64,000 bases of DNA, from NCBI GenBank assembly GCA_903847385.1, contig CAINDO010000440.1, forward strand, positions 6,129-70,128. Reading direction: 5' to 3'. Below are positions 1 through 8,867 of the stretch, piece by piece. A program made the position numbers and the translations under genes. Under the pieces are notes generated by a model. That model did not search any database, had not been told where the DNA came from, and saw nothing but the letters and a program-made list of their open reading frames with translations. Within the stretch, counting starts at the first letter, position 1. The number at the start of each line of letters is the position of its first letter. This DNA is from an uncultured Myxococcales bacterium (lineage in GTDB: Bacteria; Myxococcota_A; Bradymonadia; UBA7976; UBA1532).

Positions 1-1764
1 GACTGCGCCACCAGCGACGCCTGCCCGGACAACCAGGCCTGTTTCGCCACGGGCGGCCTGCTCGGCGGCGCGTGTTTCCTGGCGAGCTGCCGCAATGATC
101 GCGACTGCGCCACGGACCCGCTGATCCAGTCGGTCTGCGACGCCGGGCAGTGCGTGCAGCAGAACGGCTGCGACCTGGCCACGGGCGAGGGCTGCGCCGC
201 CGGCCTCGAGTGCTGGCAGCACAACGGCGTGGGCGTCTGCCTGGAGAGCTGCAACTTCTTCTCGGATCCCGCCTGCGCCGGCGGCAACGCCTGCGCCCCG
301 GTGAGCGTGGACGGCGGCGGCTACTGCACGCCCGCCGGCCCCGGCGGCGTCGGCAGCCTGTGCGAGACGCAGGCGGACTGCGGCGCCAACCTGTACTGCG
401 TGGACGACGGCGTGGGCAACAAGAGCTGCCGCACGCTCTGCGACACCGAGAACGCCGCCGCCTGCCCCGGCGAGACCTGCATCAGCCTCGGCGGCAACGT
501 GGGCGTGTGCATCGCGCCCTGCGTCGGCGAGTGCAACGCCGGCGACGCGCGCTGCACCGCCCAGGGCGTGCAGACCTGCGGCCAGACGAACGACGACCTC
601 TGCCTGGAGTGGGTGCCCGCGGTGGCCTGCGGCGCGGGCCTCGGCTGCAACGACATCACCGGCACCTGCGAGCCGTCCTGCCGCAACGACGCCGACTGCG
701 CGGATCCCATCATCCCGATGGCCTGCGTGCAGGGCGCCTGCAAGGTCCAGAGCGAGTGCGATCCGGCGACGGGCATGGGCTGCCAGGCCCCCGAGCAGTG
801 CCTGCTCGCCACCAACAGCGGCGGCGGCGTCTGCCTGCAGTCCTGCGACGCCCTTTCCCCGGCCTGCGCCGGCGGCAACGCCTGCGTGCAGTTCGGCAAC
901 GCCGCCTACTGCCTGCCCCCGGGCCCCGTCCCGGCCGGCGGTGCGTGCGCCCTGGCCACGGACTGCGCGGCGGGCACCGCCTGCCTGCAGGACGCGGACG
1001 GCAGCCACTGTTACCCCCTGTGCAACGTGCAGATGCCCGGCAACGTCTGCGTCGCCGGCTCCGCCTGCACCGATCTCGGCATCGACGGCCGCCTCGGCGC
1101 CTGCGTGTCGAGCTGCCAGGACGAGTGCCTGGACGGCACGAGCCTCTGCTCCGCCGACGGCACCGGCACCCAGACCTGCGGCCAGTTCGACGACGACGCC
1201 TGCCTGGACCTCAGCCCGGTGACGGCCTGCGACAACGAGCAGCGTTGCAACCCCAACACCATCGCCTGCGAGTACTACTGCGACATCGACGCCCACTGCC
1301 CCGAGGGCTTCGGCGTGCCCTACGCCTGCGTGAACCACGAGTGCGTGGCGCGCGACTGCCGCGTGGGCATGGACAACTGCGCCCCCGGCGTGGCCAACAC
1401 GGTCTGCATCCCCTCGGACCCTGCCAACGCCGCCGTCGGCATCTGCCTGGGCAACTGCGATCCGCTGAACGCCGCGTCCTGCGGCGCCTTCGGGGCGTGC
1501 GACTACGTGGGCGGCGCCAACGGCACGCTCGAGTTCGTCTGCCTGCCCGCCGGCGCCACGGCCGAGTTCGAAGACTGCAGCCAGGCCCGCTGCCAACAGG
1601 GTCTGGGCTGCCTGCCCTTCAACGACCCGATGACCGGCGACTTCCAGGCCTGCGTGGCGTACTGCGACACCACACGCGGCAACGCCGACTGCGCCGGCTT
1701 CATGGGCACCACCTGCAGCCCGGTGCAGGACCTCGGCGCCAACGTCGGCATCTGCCTGCCCTGA
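1..1764 (+). CDS. Cys-rich repeat secreted protein; 5' end lies outside the window (frame open from base 1)
   Basis: Frame 1 is open from position 1 and is the same frame as ORF 154..1764. The protein repeats a roughly 45-aa module with spaced cysteines (DCA..G..C...C). GC3 is high. The next gene has a GAGGA ribosome-binding site downstream. Confidence 0.7.
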   Translation, partial: DCATSDACPDNQACFATGGLLGGACFLASCRNDRDCATDPLIQSVCDAGQCVQQNGCDLATGEGCAAGLECWQHNGVGVCLESCNFFSDPACAGGNACAPVSVDGGGYCTPAGPGGVGSLCETQADCGANLYCVDDGVGNKSCRTLCDTENAAACPGETCISLGGNVGVCIAPCVGECNAGDARCTAQGVQTCGQTNDDLCLEWVPAVACGAGLGCNDITGTCEPSCRNDADCADPIIPMACVQGACKVQSECDPATGMGCQAPEQCLLATNSGGGVCLQSCDALSPACAGGNACVQFGNAAYCLPPGPVPAGGACALATDCAAGTACLQDADGSHCYPLCNVQMPGNVCVAGSACTDLGIDGRLGACVSSCQDECLDGTSLCSADGTGTQTCGQFDDDACLDLSPVTACDNEQRCNPNTIACEYYCDIDAHCPEGFGVPYACVNHECVARDCRVGMDNCAPGVANTVCIPSDPANAAVGICLGNCDPLNAASCGAFGACDYVGGANGTLEFVCLPAGATAEFEDCSQARCQQGLGCLPFNDPMTGDFQACVAYCDTTRGNADCAGFMGTTCSPVQDLGANVGICLP

Positions 1765-1866
1765 TCCCCCCGCCGTCAGGGAGATAACGCTCTCTTCGGT
1801 ACGGTTCCTGCATGCCGCGCGGGCTTCCCGCACGTTCCGCTGCCGGACCCGAGGATACCGAAACCG

Positions 1867-3792
1867 ATGAAGACGCGTCTCTCCGCCCTCACCCTGCTCT
1901 CCGCCCTGGGCACCCTGGCCCTGGGCGGCTGCATCAACAACGCCGACAAAGCCTCCACCGACACCGAGGACGCCACGGCCAGCGGCGGCGCCGGCGGTGC
2001 GCCCGCCGAGGGAGACGCCGGCCCCGGCGGCGCCGGCGGCTCCGGTGCGCCTGATCGCGACGCCGCCGTCGAGGCCGACGCGGCGACCGGGGGCACGCTC
2101 ACGCCCGACGCCGCCGTGCCCCCGCCCCCCACCTGCGACCAGGAAGACGCCAACGCCGGCAACGGCGGTCAGGCCACGGCCACGCCGGTGCTCGTCGGCT
2201 CCAGCCGCAGCGACCTGTTCCTGTGCGCCGGCACCGAGGACTGGTACACGCTGACGCTGGACGCCGGCACCTACGTCGTCTTCCAGATCACCGCCGATCC
2301 GGTCGAGACCGACCTGGACCTCTTCCTGACGGACGCCGACGGCAACGTGCTCACCCAGAGCGCCACCGAGACGGGCGCCGAGCAGATCGCCTTCACGGCG
2401 GAGACGACGGGCGCGTACTTCCTGCGGGTCGTCGGCGGCTTCCGCGACGTGGCCGCCCCCTACGGCCTGAGCGTGACCTCGGCCTGCCGCCTGGACAGCG
2501 ACTGCGGCGCCGACCAGATCTGCTCGCTCTTCAGCGGTCAGTGCGAGGACGCGCCCGCCGCGGCCTGCGGCGCCGACGCCGCCGAGGAGAACGACCGCGA
2601 CGCCGCGGCCTTCGCGCTCGACGTGGCCGGTGGCCCCTTCGACGCCGTCATCTGCGGCGCCGATCCCGACTGGTTCAAGGTCACGGTCGCCGACGGCGAG
2701 GACCTGGACGTGCTCGTGAGTTTCCCCGCGGGCGAGGACCTCGACCTCGTCGTGCGCAACCTGAACACCGGCGCCCTGGTGGGCACGGCCGCCGGGGACG
2801 CCAACAGCAACCCCGAGCGTCTGCACCTGTCCCACCTCGCCGCGGGTGACTACGCCCTCGGCGTGCTGTTCTACGAGATGGACGCCGGCGGCACCCGCGA
2901 GGTGTCCTACCGCATCGACGCCGCCACGGCCGCGGGCAGCTGCGCCACGGACGCCGACTGCACCGGCGCCAACGGCCCCATCTGCGACGCCGCGACGGGC
3001 GCGTGCGGCCCCGTGCCGGACGCCGGCCGCGTGGCCATCGGCGGTCAGTGCGGCAACTCCGCCGACTGCGCGGACGAGGGCGCGTTCTGCGCGGCGGCCG
3101 GCCCCGGCGGCGCCGACAACTACTGCACGATCGAGTGCGGCGGCGACGACGCCGAGTGTGCCGCCCTGGGCGACGGCGCCTACTGTCTGCGCAGCATGGG
3201 CGTGCAGGTCTGCACCCGGGCCTGCAGCGCGGACAACCAGTGCAGCGCCACGCGCGAGTGTGTCGACGGCCGCTGCCAGCGCCGCGCGCAGTGCGCCTCG
3301 AACGATGACTGCGACGCCGGCCAGGTCTGCGCGCAGACGCCCTTCGGCGCCTTGGTCTGCCAGGACCTGCCCCCGCCCGCCGACTGCGGCCAGGACGCCA
3401 ACCCGGACGGCACCGTGCGCGTGGACGACGACGCCGAGCACGCCGTGGCCCTCGCGGCCGACGGCGCGCCCCTCGAGGGCCAGCACATCTGTGACGGCGA
3501 CCGCGACTGGTTCCGCGTGACCGTGCCCGCCGAAAGCGCCGCGGACGCCCTGGTGGCCACGCTGTCCTTCCGCGCCGGCGTGGACCTCGACCTCTATGTG
3601 CTCGACGCCGCGGGCAATACGATCGGCGGCGCCGCCAGCGCCGACCAGACGGATGAGATCGCCACGCTGCGATTCCTCCCGGCCGGTGACTACTTCCTGG
3701 TCGTCGACCAGTACGCCAGCGACGCCCTGGCCGACACCGACTACCGCATCGTGGCCGTGCTCCAGGCCAACGAGGACCGCTGCACGGTCTAG
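1867..3792 (+). CDS. Secreted lipoprotein with three PPC (pre-peptidase C-terminal-like) domains and Cys-rich modules; ends at an in-frame TAG
   Basis: MKTRLSALTLLSALGTLALGGC carries a lipobox. PPC-type motifs recur (DWYTLTLDAGTYVVFQITADP..DLDLFL, DWFKVTVADGEDLDVLVSFPAGEDLDLVV, DWFRVTVPAESA..DLDLYV). A GAGGA ribosome-binding site precedes the ATG. Confidence 0.75.
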   Translation: MKTRLSALTLLSALGTLALGGCINNADKASTDTEDATASGGAGGAPAEGDAGPGGAGGSGAPDRDAAVEADAATGGTLTPDAAVPPPPTCDQEDANAGNGGQATATPVLVGSSRSDLFLCAGTEDWYTLTLDAGTYVVFQITADPVETDLDLFLTDADGNVLTQSATETGAEQIAFTAETTGAYFLRVVGGFRDVAAPYGLSVTSACRLDSDCGADQICSLFSGQCEDAPAAACGADAAEENDRDAAAFALDVAGGPFDAVICGADPDWFKVTVADGEDLDVLVSFPAGEDLDLVVRNLNTGALVGTAAGDANSNPERLHLSHLAAGDYALGVLFYEMDAGGTREVSYRIDAATAAGSCATDADCTGANGPICDAATGACGPVPDAGRVAIGGQCGNSADCADEGAFCAAAGPGGADNYCTIECGGDDAECAALGDGAYCLRSMGVQVCTRACSADNQCSATRECVDGRCQRRAQCASNDDCDAGQVCAQTPFGALVCQDLPPPADCGQDANPDGTVRVDDDAEHAVALAADGAPLEGQHICDGDRDWFRVTVPAESAADALVATLSFRAGVDLDLYVLDAAGNTIGGAASADQTDEIATLRFLPAGDYFLVVDQYASDALADTDYRIVAVLQANEDRCTV

Positions 3793-4083
3793 GGCAACGA
3801 GTGCGCGGGCACCGAGCCCCTGCGCATGGCCTGCGACGCCATGACCGGCGCGTGCGGCAGCTTCGACGGCGCGGGCATGGTCGCGCTGGGCAGCCTCTGC
3901 GACAGCGACGACGACTGCGGCGCCGGCGCCGAGGTCTGCTGGACCTTCGAGGGCGCGGCCGGCTCCCAGCGCGGCGCCAACATCTGCACGCACACCTGCC
4001 AGGCCGAGGGTGACTGCGCCGACGTGCCCAACACGACCTGCGTGGACTTCCAGCAGGCCGCCGTCTGCCTGCCGGGCAACTGA
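3793..4083 (+). other. In-frame, protein-like continuation after the TAG at 3790-3792 (GNECAGTEPLRMACDAMTGACGS...CLPGN); a possible original C-terminus
   Basis: Same frame as 1867..3792. High GC3 and the same Cys-rich module style (GSLCDSDDDCGAGAEVC..ICTHTCQAEGDCADVPNTTC). There is no plausible ribosome-binding site of its own. Confidence 0.4.
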
Positions 4084-4150
4084 GACGCGCACGTCGTTGC
4101 GCTCTCGCCGCTGAACGTATCAGATGCGCGGACCTTCTCCGGAGTCCGCG

Positions 4151-5683
4151 ATGTCTTCACGCGTTCGATGTCTTGCGGGGCTGCTCGCGCTGGCCCCTGC
4201 GGCCGCCCGGGCGGCCGATGAGGCCCCCGCGCCGTTCCACCGGGTCGGCGAGCACACCCAGCCGCGCGCCCGCCTGACGTTCCGCCCCTGGGCCACGAAA
4301 CTCACGGCGCCGGTGTCGATGTCCCTGGGGGGCGAGGCCGTGGGCGCGTTCCCCGTCGACGCGGAGGGCACGCGCTACGCCCCCGACCCGGCGATGGACG
4401 CCGAGGTGCGCGTGGGCCTGGGCTTCTCCACGGCGGACGCGCTCTCGCTGCTGAACTTCGAGGCGCAGTACGAGCAGGACCTGCACACGGGCTGGATGCT
4501 CGGCGGCACGCAGGGCTTCGACGCCGTGGCCCCGCCCTTCACCGCCGGCACGGAGAACCCGCTGCGCAAGGCTTACGCCCGCCTGAGCGTCGGGCCGTTC
4601 GTCACGCTGACCGGCGGTTACATGACGAGCCACTGGGGCCTGGGTCTGTTGGCCAACGACGGCGCCCACGGCTTCGAGCCGGGCTCGGCACGTTTTGCCA
4701 AACCCCGTGGCGGTGACCGCGTGCTGCGCGGCGCCGTGGCGACGGGACCCTGGACGAGCGGCAAGGTGCTGCTGCAGGTGGCCTACGACCAGGTGCAGGG
4801 GGACGACGTGCTGCTGTACGACGACGAGGCGACGCAGATGGTCGCCGCGCTGATCGTGGGGTACGGCGCGCCGCGCACGGCGGGCCTGTACGGCGCGCGC
4901 CGGCACCAGAAGACGGACGACGGCCGCACGACGGACGTCACGGCCATCGACGCCTACGGCCGCTGGACCCAGACGCTCGGCACGCTGAAGCTCACGGGCG
5001 AGTTCGAGGCGGCCTACCTGACCGGCGAGACGCAGCTCTCGCCCACGCCCGAACACGTGCGCCACGACCTGCGCCAGTTCGGCGCCGCCGGGCGGATCGG
5101 CCTGGACGCGGGCTGTTTCGGCGGCGTGCTGGACGTGCTCTACGCCTCCGGCGACCAGAACCAGGACGACGCCGAGATCAACGCCTTCAAGGCCGACCCC
5201 AACTTCGAGATGGGTCTGTTCCTGTATCGGCACGTGCTCTCGGCCATGTCTTCGCGCGCGCCCATCCGGGCGGCCGATCCCGAGCTCGTGGGCCGCCCCG
5301 CGCCGGATCTGGACCGCGTGCCCACCCGCGGCAGCGCGACGAACACACTCGCGTTCTTCCCTCGCGCGTACTGGCGGCCCGTCGACGGTCTGGAAGTGTT
5401 CGGCGGCCCGCTGCTGGCCCTCTCGGCCGCGCAGCTCGCCGATCCGCGCAACACCCGCCTGGCGGGCGGCGATCCGCACAACGCCTTCGACGCCGAGCCC
5501 GGGCGCTACCTGGGCACGGAGCTGGACGCGGGCGTGCGCTACAGCCTGCTCCACGACGGCATGGTCGTCTCCGCGGGGGTCGAGGGCGGCGTGCTGCTGC
5601 CCGGCGGCGCCTTCGTGGACGCGGACGGCAAAGACATGGCGAGCGTCGCCGGGGGTCGCAGCACGCTGCGGCTCTCGTTCTGA
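4151..5683 (+). CDS. Putative outer-membrane beta-barrel protein
   Basis: Signal peptide MSSRVRCLAGLLALAPAAARAADEA. The protein alternates amphipathic Gly/aromatic-rich segments and ends in a C-terminal Phe (LRLSF), which is typical of outer-membrane proteins. GGAG lies 8 nt upstream of the ATG. Confidence 0.55.
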   Translation: MSSRVRCLAGLLALAPAAARAADEAPAPFHRVGEHTQPRARLTFRPWATKLTAPVSMSLGGEAVGAFPVDAEGTRYAPDPAMDAEVRVGLGFSTADALSLLNFEAQYEQDLHTGWMLGGTQGFDAVAPPFTAGTENPLRKAYARLSVGPFVTLTGGYMTSHWGLGLLANDGAHGFEPGSARFAKPRGGDRVLRGAVATGPWTSGKVLLQVAYDQVQGDDVLLYDDEATQMVAALIVGYGAPRTAGLYGARRHQKTDDGRTTDVTAIDAYGRWTQTLGTLKLTGEFEAAYLTGETQLSPTPEHVRHDLRQFGAAGRIGLDAGCFGGVLDVLYASGDQNQDDAEINAFKADPNFEMGLFLYRHVLSAMSSRAPIRAADPELVGRPAPDLDRVPTRGSATNTLAFFPRAYWRPVDGLEVFGGPLLALSAAQLADPRNTRLAGGDPHNAFDAEPGRYLGTELDAGVRYSLLHDGMVVSAGVEGGVLLPGGAFVDADGKDMASVAGGRSTLRLSF

Positions 5684-5694
5684 GGAGAGAACCC

Positions 5695-8600
5695 ATGAAG
5701 TCATTCAAGCACAGCGCTCTCCTCGCCTTCTCGCTCGGCCTCGCCGCGACGGGGTGTTTCTCGGACGCCCCCGAGGGCCTCGCCCAGGCGGACGACGCGC
5801 ACACCACGGTCAAGTTCGACTTCCTGCACAAGCCGCTGCCGGAGATCCCGCTGCCGAACGACGTGGCCACGCGCTACGACCCGGACTCGGCCACGCTCCG
5901 CCGCGTGAACGCCTCGATGATCGCGCCGACCGCGCTCGAGCGCCGCACCCGCACGCTGCTGGACGGCCTGGACGGCTGGGGTCTGTTCCAGCCCATCACG
6001 GTGCCTTTCACGGGCCCGCTGGACATCCAGTCGATTCTCGACGCCCACCGCGACGCCGACTACGACTTCAGCGATGATGTCATCTATCTCATCAATATCA
6101 CTCGGGATTCTCCGGACTTCGGCAAACCCGTGGCCCTCGACCTGGGCAACGGCAACTACCCCGCCGGCACCGAGAGCCGCGAGGACTTCTGGCCGAACGA
6201 TCCGCGCGCCGGCACCATGTCCATCACGTTCGAGGAGTTCGACGAGGACGAGAACGGCAACGGCGAGCTCGACCCCGGCGAGGACACGGACTCCGACGGC
6301 GTGCTCGACCGGCCGAACTACCTGCCGGGAAAGAAGCCGGCCTGGGACGATCTCGCCGCCCGCGAGGACGCCCTCATGTCGTTCTACGAGCGCGAGACGA
6401 ACACGCTGATCGCCGTGCCCGTGGTGCCGTTGCGCGAGCGCACGACCTACGCCGTCGTGGTCACGAAACGCCTGCGGGACGCGGACGGCGACCCCGTCGG
6501 CTCGCCCTTCCCCTTCATCAATCACGCGTCTCAAACCGAGGCGCTCTCGGTGCTGCCCGAGGTCCTGCCCAACGGTCTGTCGCTGGACGACGTCGCCTTC
6601 GCGTTCAGCTACACCACGCAGACCACCAGCAGCGAGTGGCAGGCCGTGCGCGACGGCCTGTACGGCCACGGCGTGCAGAAACACCTGGCCTCGGAGTTCC
6701 CCGCCGAGATCACCTCGCTGGAGTTGGCCAAGGACGCCGCACGGTTCCCCAAGTCCACGCGGCTGTCCACGCTCTTCGCCGAGGAGTTCGACATCCCGTT
6801 TCGTCTGTTGAACACGGCCATCGGCGGCATCGATCCCAGCTCCGAGGCCATGACCCGGCTGATGGACGGCTACCAATACATCGACTACCTGGTGATGGGC
6901 AGCTTCGACTCGCCGCAGCTCTTCGACCGCGAGGACGCCGAGGGCAACCCCCTGCCCATGGACGCGCAGTCCTGGCCGACGGACCTGGACCGCGTGCCCG
7001 CCAAGGCCCGCGCCGAGAAGGTCTATTTCACGCTCGTCACGCCCCGGAAGGAGATCAGTTCTCGGAAAGATGGCAAACCCGCGCCGGTCGTCATCCTGGG
7101 TCACGGCCACGGCGGCAACCGCTTCACGGCGCTGAACTTCGGGCCCTACTTCGCGCGGCATGGCATCGCCGTGCTGGCCATCGACAACCCCGGCCATGGC
7201 ATCAGCATCGCCCCCGAAGACAAGGAGCAGGCCAAGACGATCCTGGGCGGCTTCGGCATCGGGCCGTTCATCGACTCGGTGTTCAAGGACCGCGCGCTGG
7301 ACATGAACTTCGACGGTCTGACCGACTCCGGCGGCGACTTCTGGACGTTCTATCTGTTTCACACGCGCGACAACGTGCGGCAGTCCGCGCTCGATTACAT
7401 GCAGTTGATTCGGATCCTGCGCGGCTTCGACGGCAAACACCGCTGGGACATCGACGTGAACGGCGACGGCAAGAACGACCTGGCCGGCGACTTCGACGGC
7501 GACGGCGAGGTCGACGTCGGCGGCAGCGGCGCCATCACCATGACCGGCGGCTCCCTCGGCGGCATCATGGCCATGCTCATGGGCGACCTGGAGCCGGAGC
7601 TCGACGCCGTCGCCTCCATCATCGGCGGCGGCAGCCTGGGGACCATGTCGCGGCGTTCGATCAACGGCGCCGTGCGGCGCGCCATCGTGCTGCGCGCGTT
7701 CGGCCCGCTGTTTCTGGCCACGCCGACCGACGACGGCAAGACACGCGTCGAGACGATCGTGCCCGATCTGGACGGCACGCCGGCCACCCGCACGCTGGCC
7801 ACGATCGCGAAGATCCCCGCCGGCGCGACGATGGTGGTGGAGAACCTGGCCAACGGCGAGCTCGGCTGCGGCCTGCTCTCGGCGGACGCCCTCGGCCGCG
7901 CCCCCGTGGCCGCGGATCTGGGCGATCCGCTCCGCATCCGGTTCTACGCGGGCGACATCGTGCGCGGCAAAGACTGCGCGCTCGCCGACGGCGCCCGGGA
8001 GATCGCCGAAGTCTCGACCTTCGGCGAAGAGACCGTGTTTCAGGACCAGGCGTACGGCGCCGGCGATCCGCTCGTGGCGCTGGCCGAGGGCATGGGGCTG
8101 CAGCGCTCGTCGCCGGACTTCCGTCGGTTCGCCGGCCTGGGGCCGCTGGTCATGGACCGCGCGGACCCCGCCGTGTACGCGCGGCATCTGTTGAACGAGC
8201 CGCTGACCTACCCGGGCACCGGCCAGAAGACGGGCGCGCACGCGCTGGTCACCACCGCCATCGGCGACCTGAACGTGCCCGTGGACTCGGGCATGACCTT
8301 CGCCCGCGCCGCCGGCATCCTCGACTACCTGAAGCCCAACCCGGCCTTCGGCGTGCCGGACAACCAGGTGCTCATCGACCACCACGTGCCCGAGGGCATG
8401 GACGAGCTGAAGCGATACACCGATCCGGACGGCGTGGGTGTGTTGCTCGATCCCAACGACTTCAGCGGTGACACCGATCTGTGGGCCGGCCGCGTGCCGC
8501 GCCTGGACCCGCCGCTCCGCTCCGGCTTCGACACGAAGGACGCCCTCGGCGGCCGTTCTGCGGCGATCTTCGCCTACGGCAGCCCCCAGGGCATGCACGG

Positions 8601-8835
8601 CTTCGACCCCCCCGGCGAGATGATCGACGCCGCCCGCGAGCAGTGTGATGCCGCCTGCACCACCGGCGACTGCGACTGCAACACACTGGAAATCTTCGAC
8701 GTGGGCAGCTTCCACTTCAACCTGATCGCCGAGTACCTGCTCTCCGGGGGCACAACGCTCAACCCCGACCCGTGTCACAGCCGCAACGACTGCCCGGCGA
8801 TCCCGGCCCCGCCGGCCCGGCGGACGGGGCTTTGA
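5695..8835 (+). CDS. Large secreted lipoprotein with an alpha/beta-hydrolase-like core and Asp-rich calcium-binding-type repeats
   Basis: Lipobox LGLAATGC. Motifs VVILGHGHGGNRF and GGSLGG are a GxSxG-type nucleophile elbow. DVNGDGKNDLAGDFDGDGEVDVGG resembles TSP3 or EF-hand repeats. Confidence 0.6.
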   Translation: MKSFKHSALLAFSLGLAATGCFSDAPEGLAQADDAHTTVKFDFLHKPLPEIPLPNDVATRYDPDSATLRRVNASMIAPTALERRTRTLLDGLDGWGLFQPITVPFTGPLDIQSILDAHRDADYDFSDDVIYLINITRDSPDFGKPVALDLGNGNYPAGTESREDFWPNDPRAGTMSITFEEFDEDENGNGELDPGEDTDSDGVLDRPNYLPGKKPAWDDLAAREDALMSFYERETNTLIAVPVVPLRERTTYAVVVTKRLRDADGDPVGSPFPFINHASQTEALSVLPEVLPNGLSLDDVAFAFSYTTQTTSSEWQAVRDGLYGHGVQKHLASEFPAEITSLELAKDAARFPKSTRLSTLFAEEFDIPFRLLNTAIGGIDPSSEAMTRLMDGYQYIDYLVMGSFDSPQLFDREDAEGNPLPMDAQSWPTDLDRVPAKARAEKVYFTLVTPRKEISSRKDGKPAPVVILGHGHGGNRFTALNFGPYFARHGIAVLAIDNPGHGISIAPEDKEQAKTILGGFGIGPFIDSVFKDRALDMNFDGLTDSGGDFWTFYLFHTRDNVRQSALDYMQLIRILRGFDGKHRWDIDVNGDGKNDLAGDFDGDGEVDVGGSGAITMTGGSLGGIMAMLMGDLEPELDAVASIIGGGSLGTMSRRSINGAVRRAIVLRAFGPLFLATPTDDGKTRVETIVPDLDGTPATRTLATIAKIPAGATMVVENLANGELGCGLLSADALGRAPVAADLGDPLRIRFYAGDIVRGKDCALADGAREIAEVSTFGEETVFQDQAYGAGDPLVALAEGMGLQRSSPDFRRFAGLGPLVMDRADPAVYARHLLNEPLTYPGTGQKTGAHALVTTAIGDLNVPVDSGMTFARAAGILDYLKPNPAFGVPDNQVLIDHHVPEGMDELKRYTDPDGVGVLLDPNDFSGDTDLWAGRVPRLDPPLRSGFDTKDALGGRSAAIFAYGSPQGMHGFDPPGEMIDAAREQCDAACTTGDCDCNTLEIFDVGSFHFNLIAEYLLSGGTTLNPDPCHSRNDCPAIPAPPARRTGL

Positions 8836-8867
8836 TGCGGGGGGGGCGTTGACCGGGAATCGACGCG

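Noticed and set aside
3790-3792. Selenocysteine or pyrrolysine recoding at the in-frame stop
   Set aside because: The codon is TAG (not TGA), and I see no SECIS-like element or pyl genes. A nonsense mutation or sequencing error is more parsimonious.
4157-5704. 515-aa antisense ORF opposite the outer-membrane-protein gene
   Set aside because: Its translation is extremely Arg/Gly/Ala-rich (RRGGL.., GRRGQRE), the signature of an out-of-frame reading of 70% GC DNA. The sense strand has a signal peptide and coherent composition.
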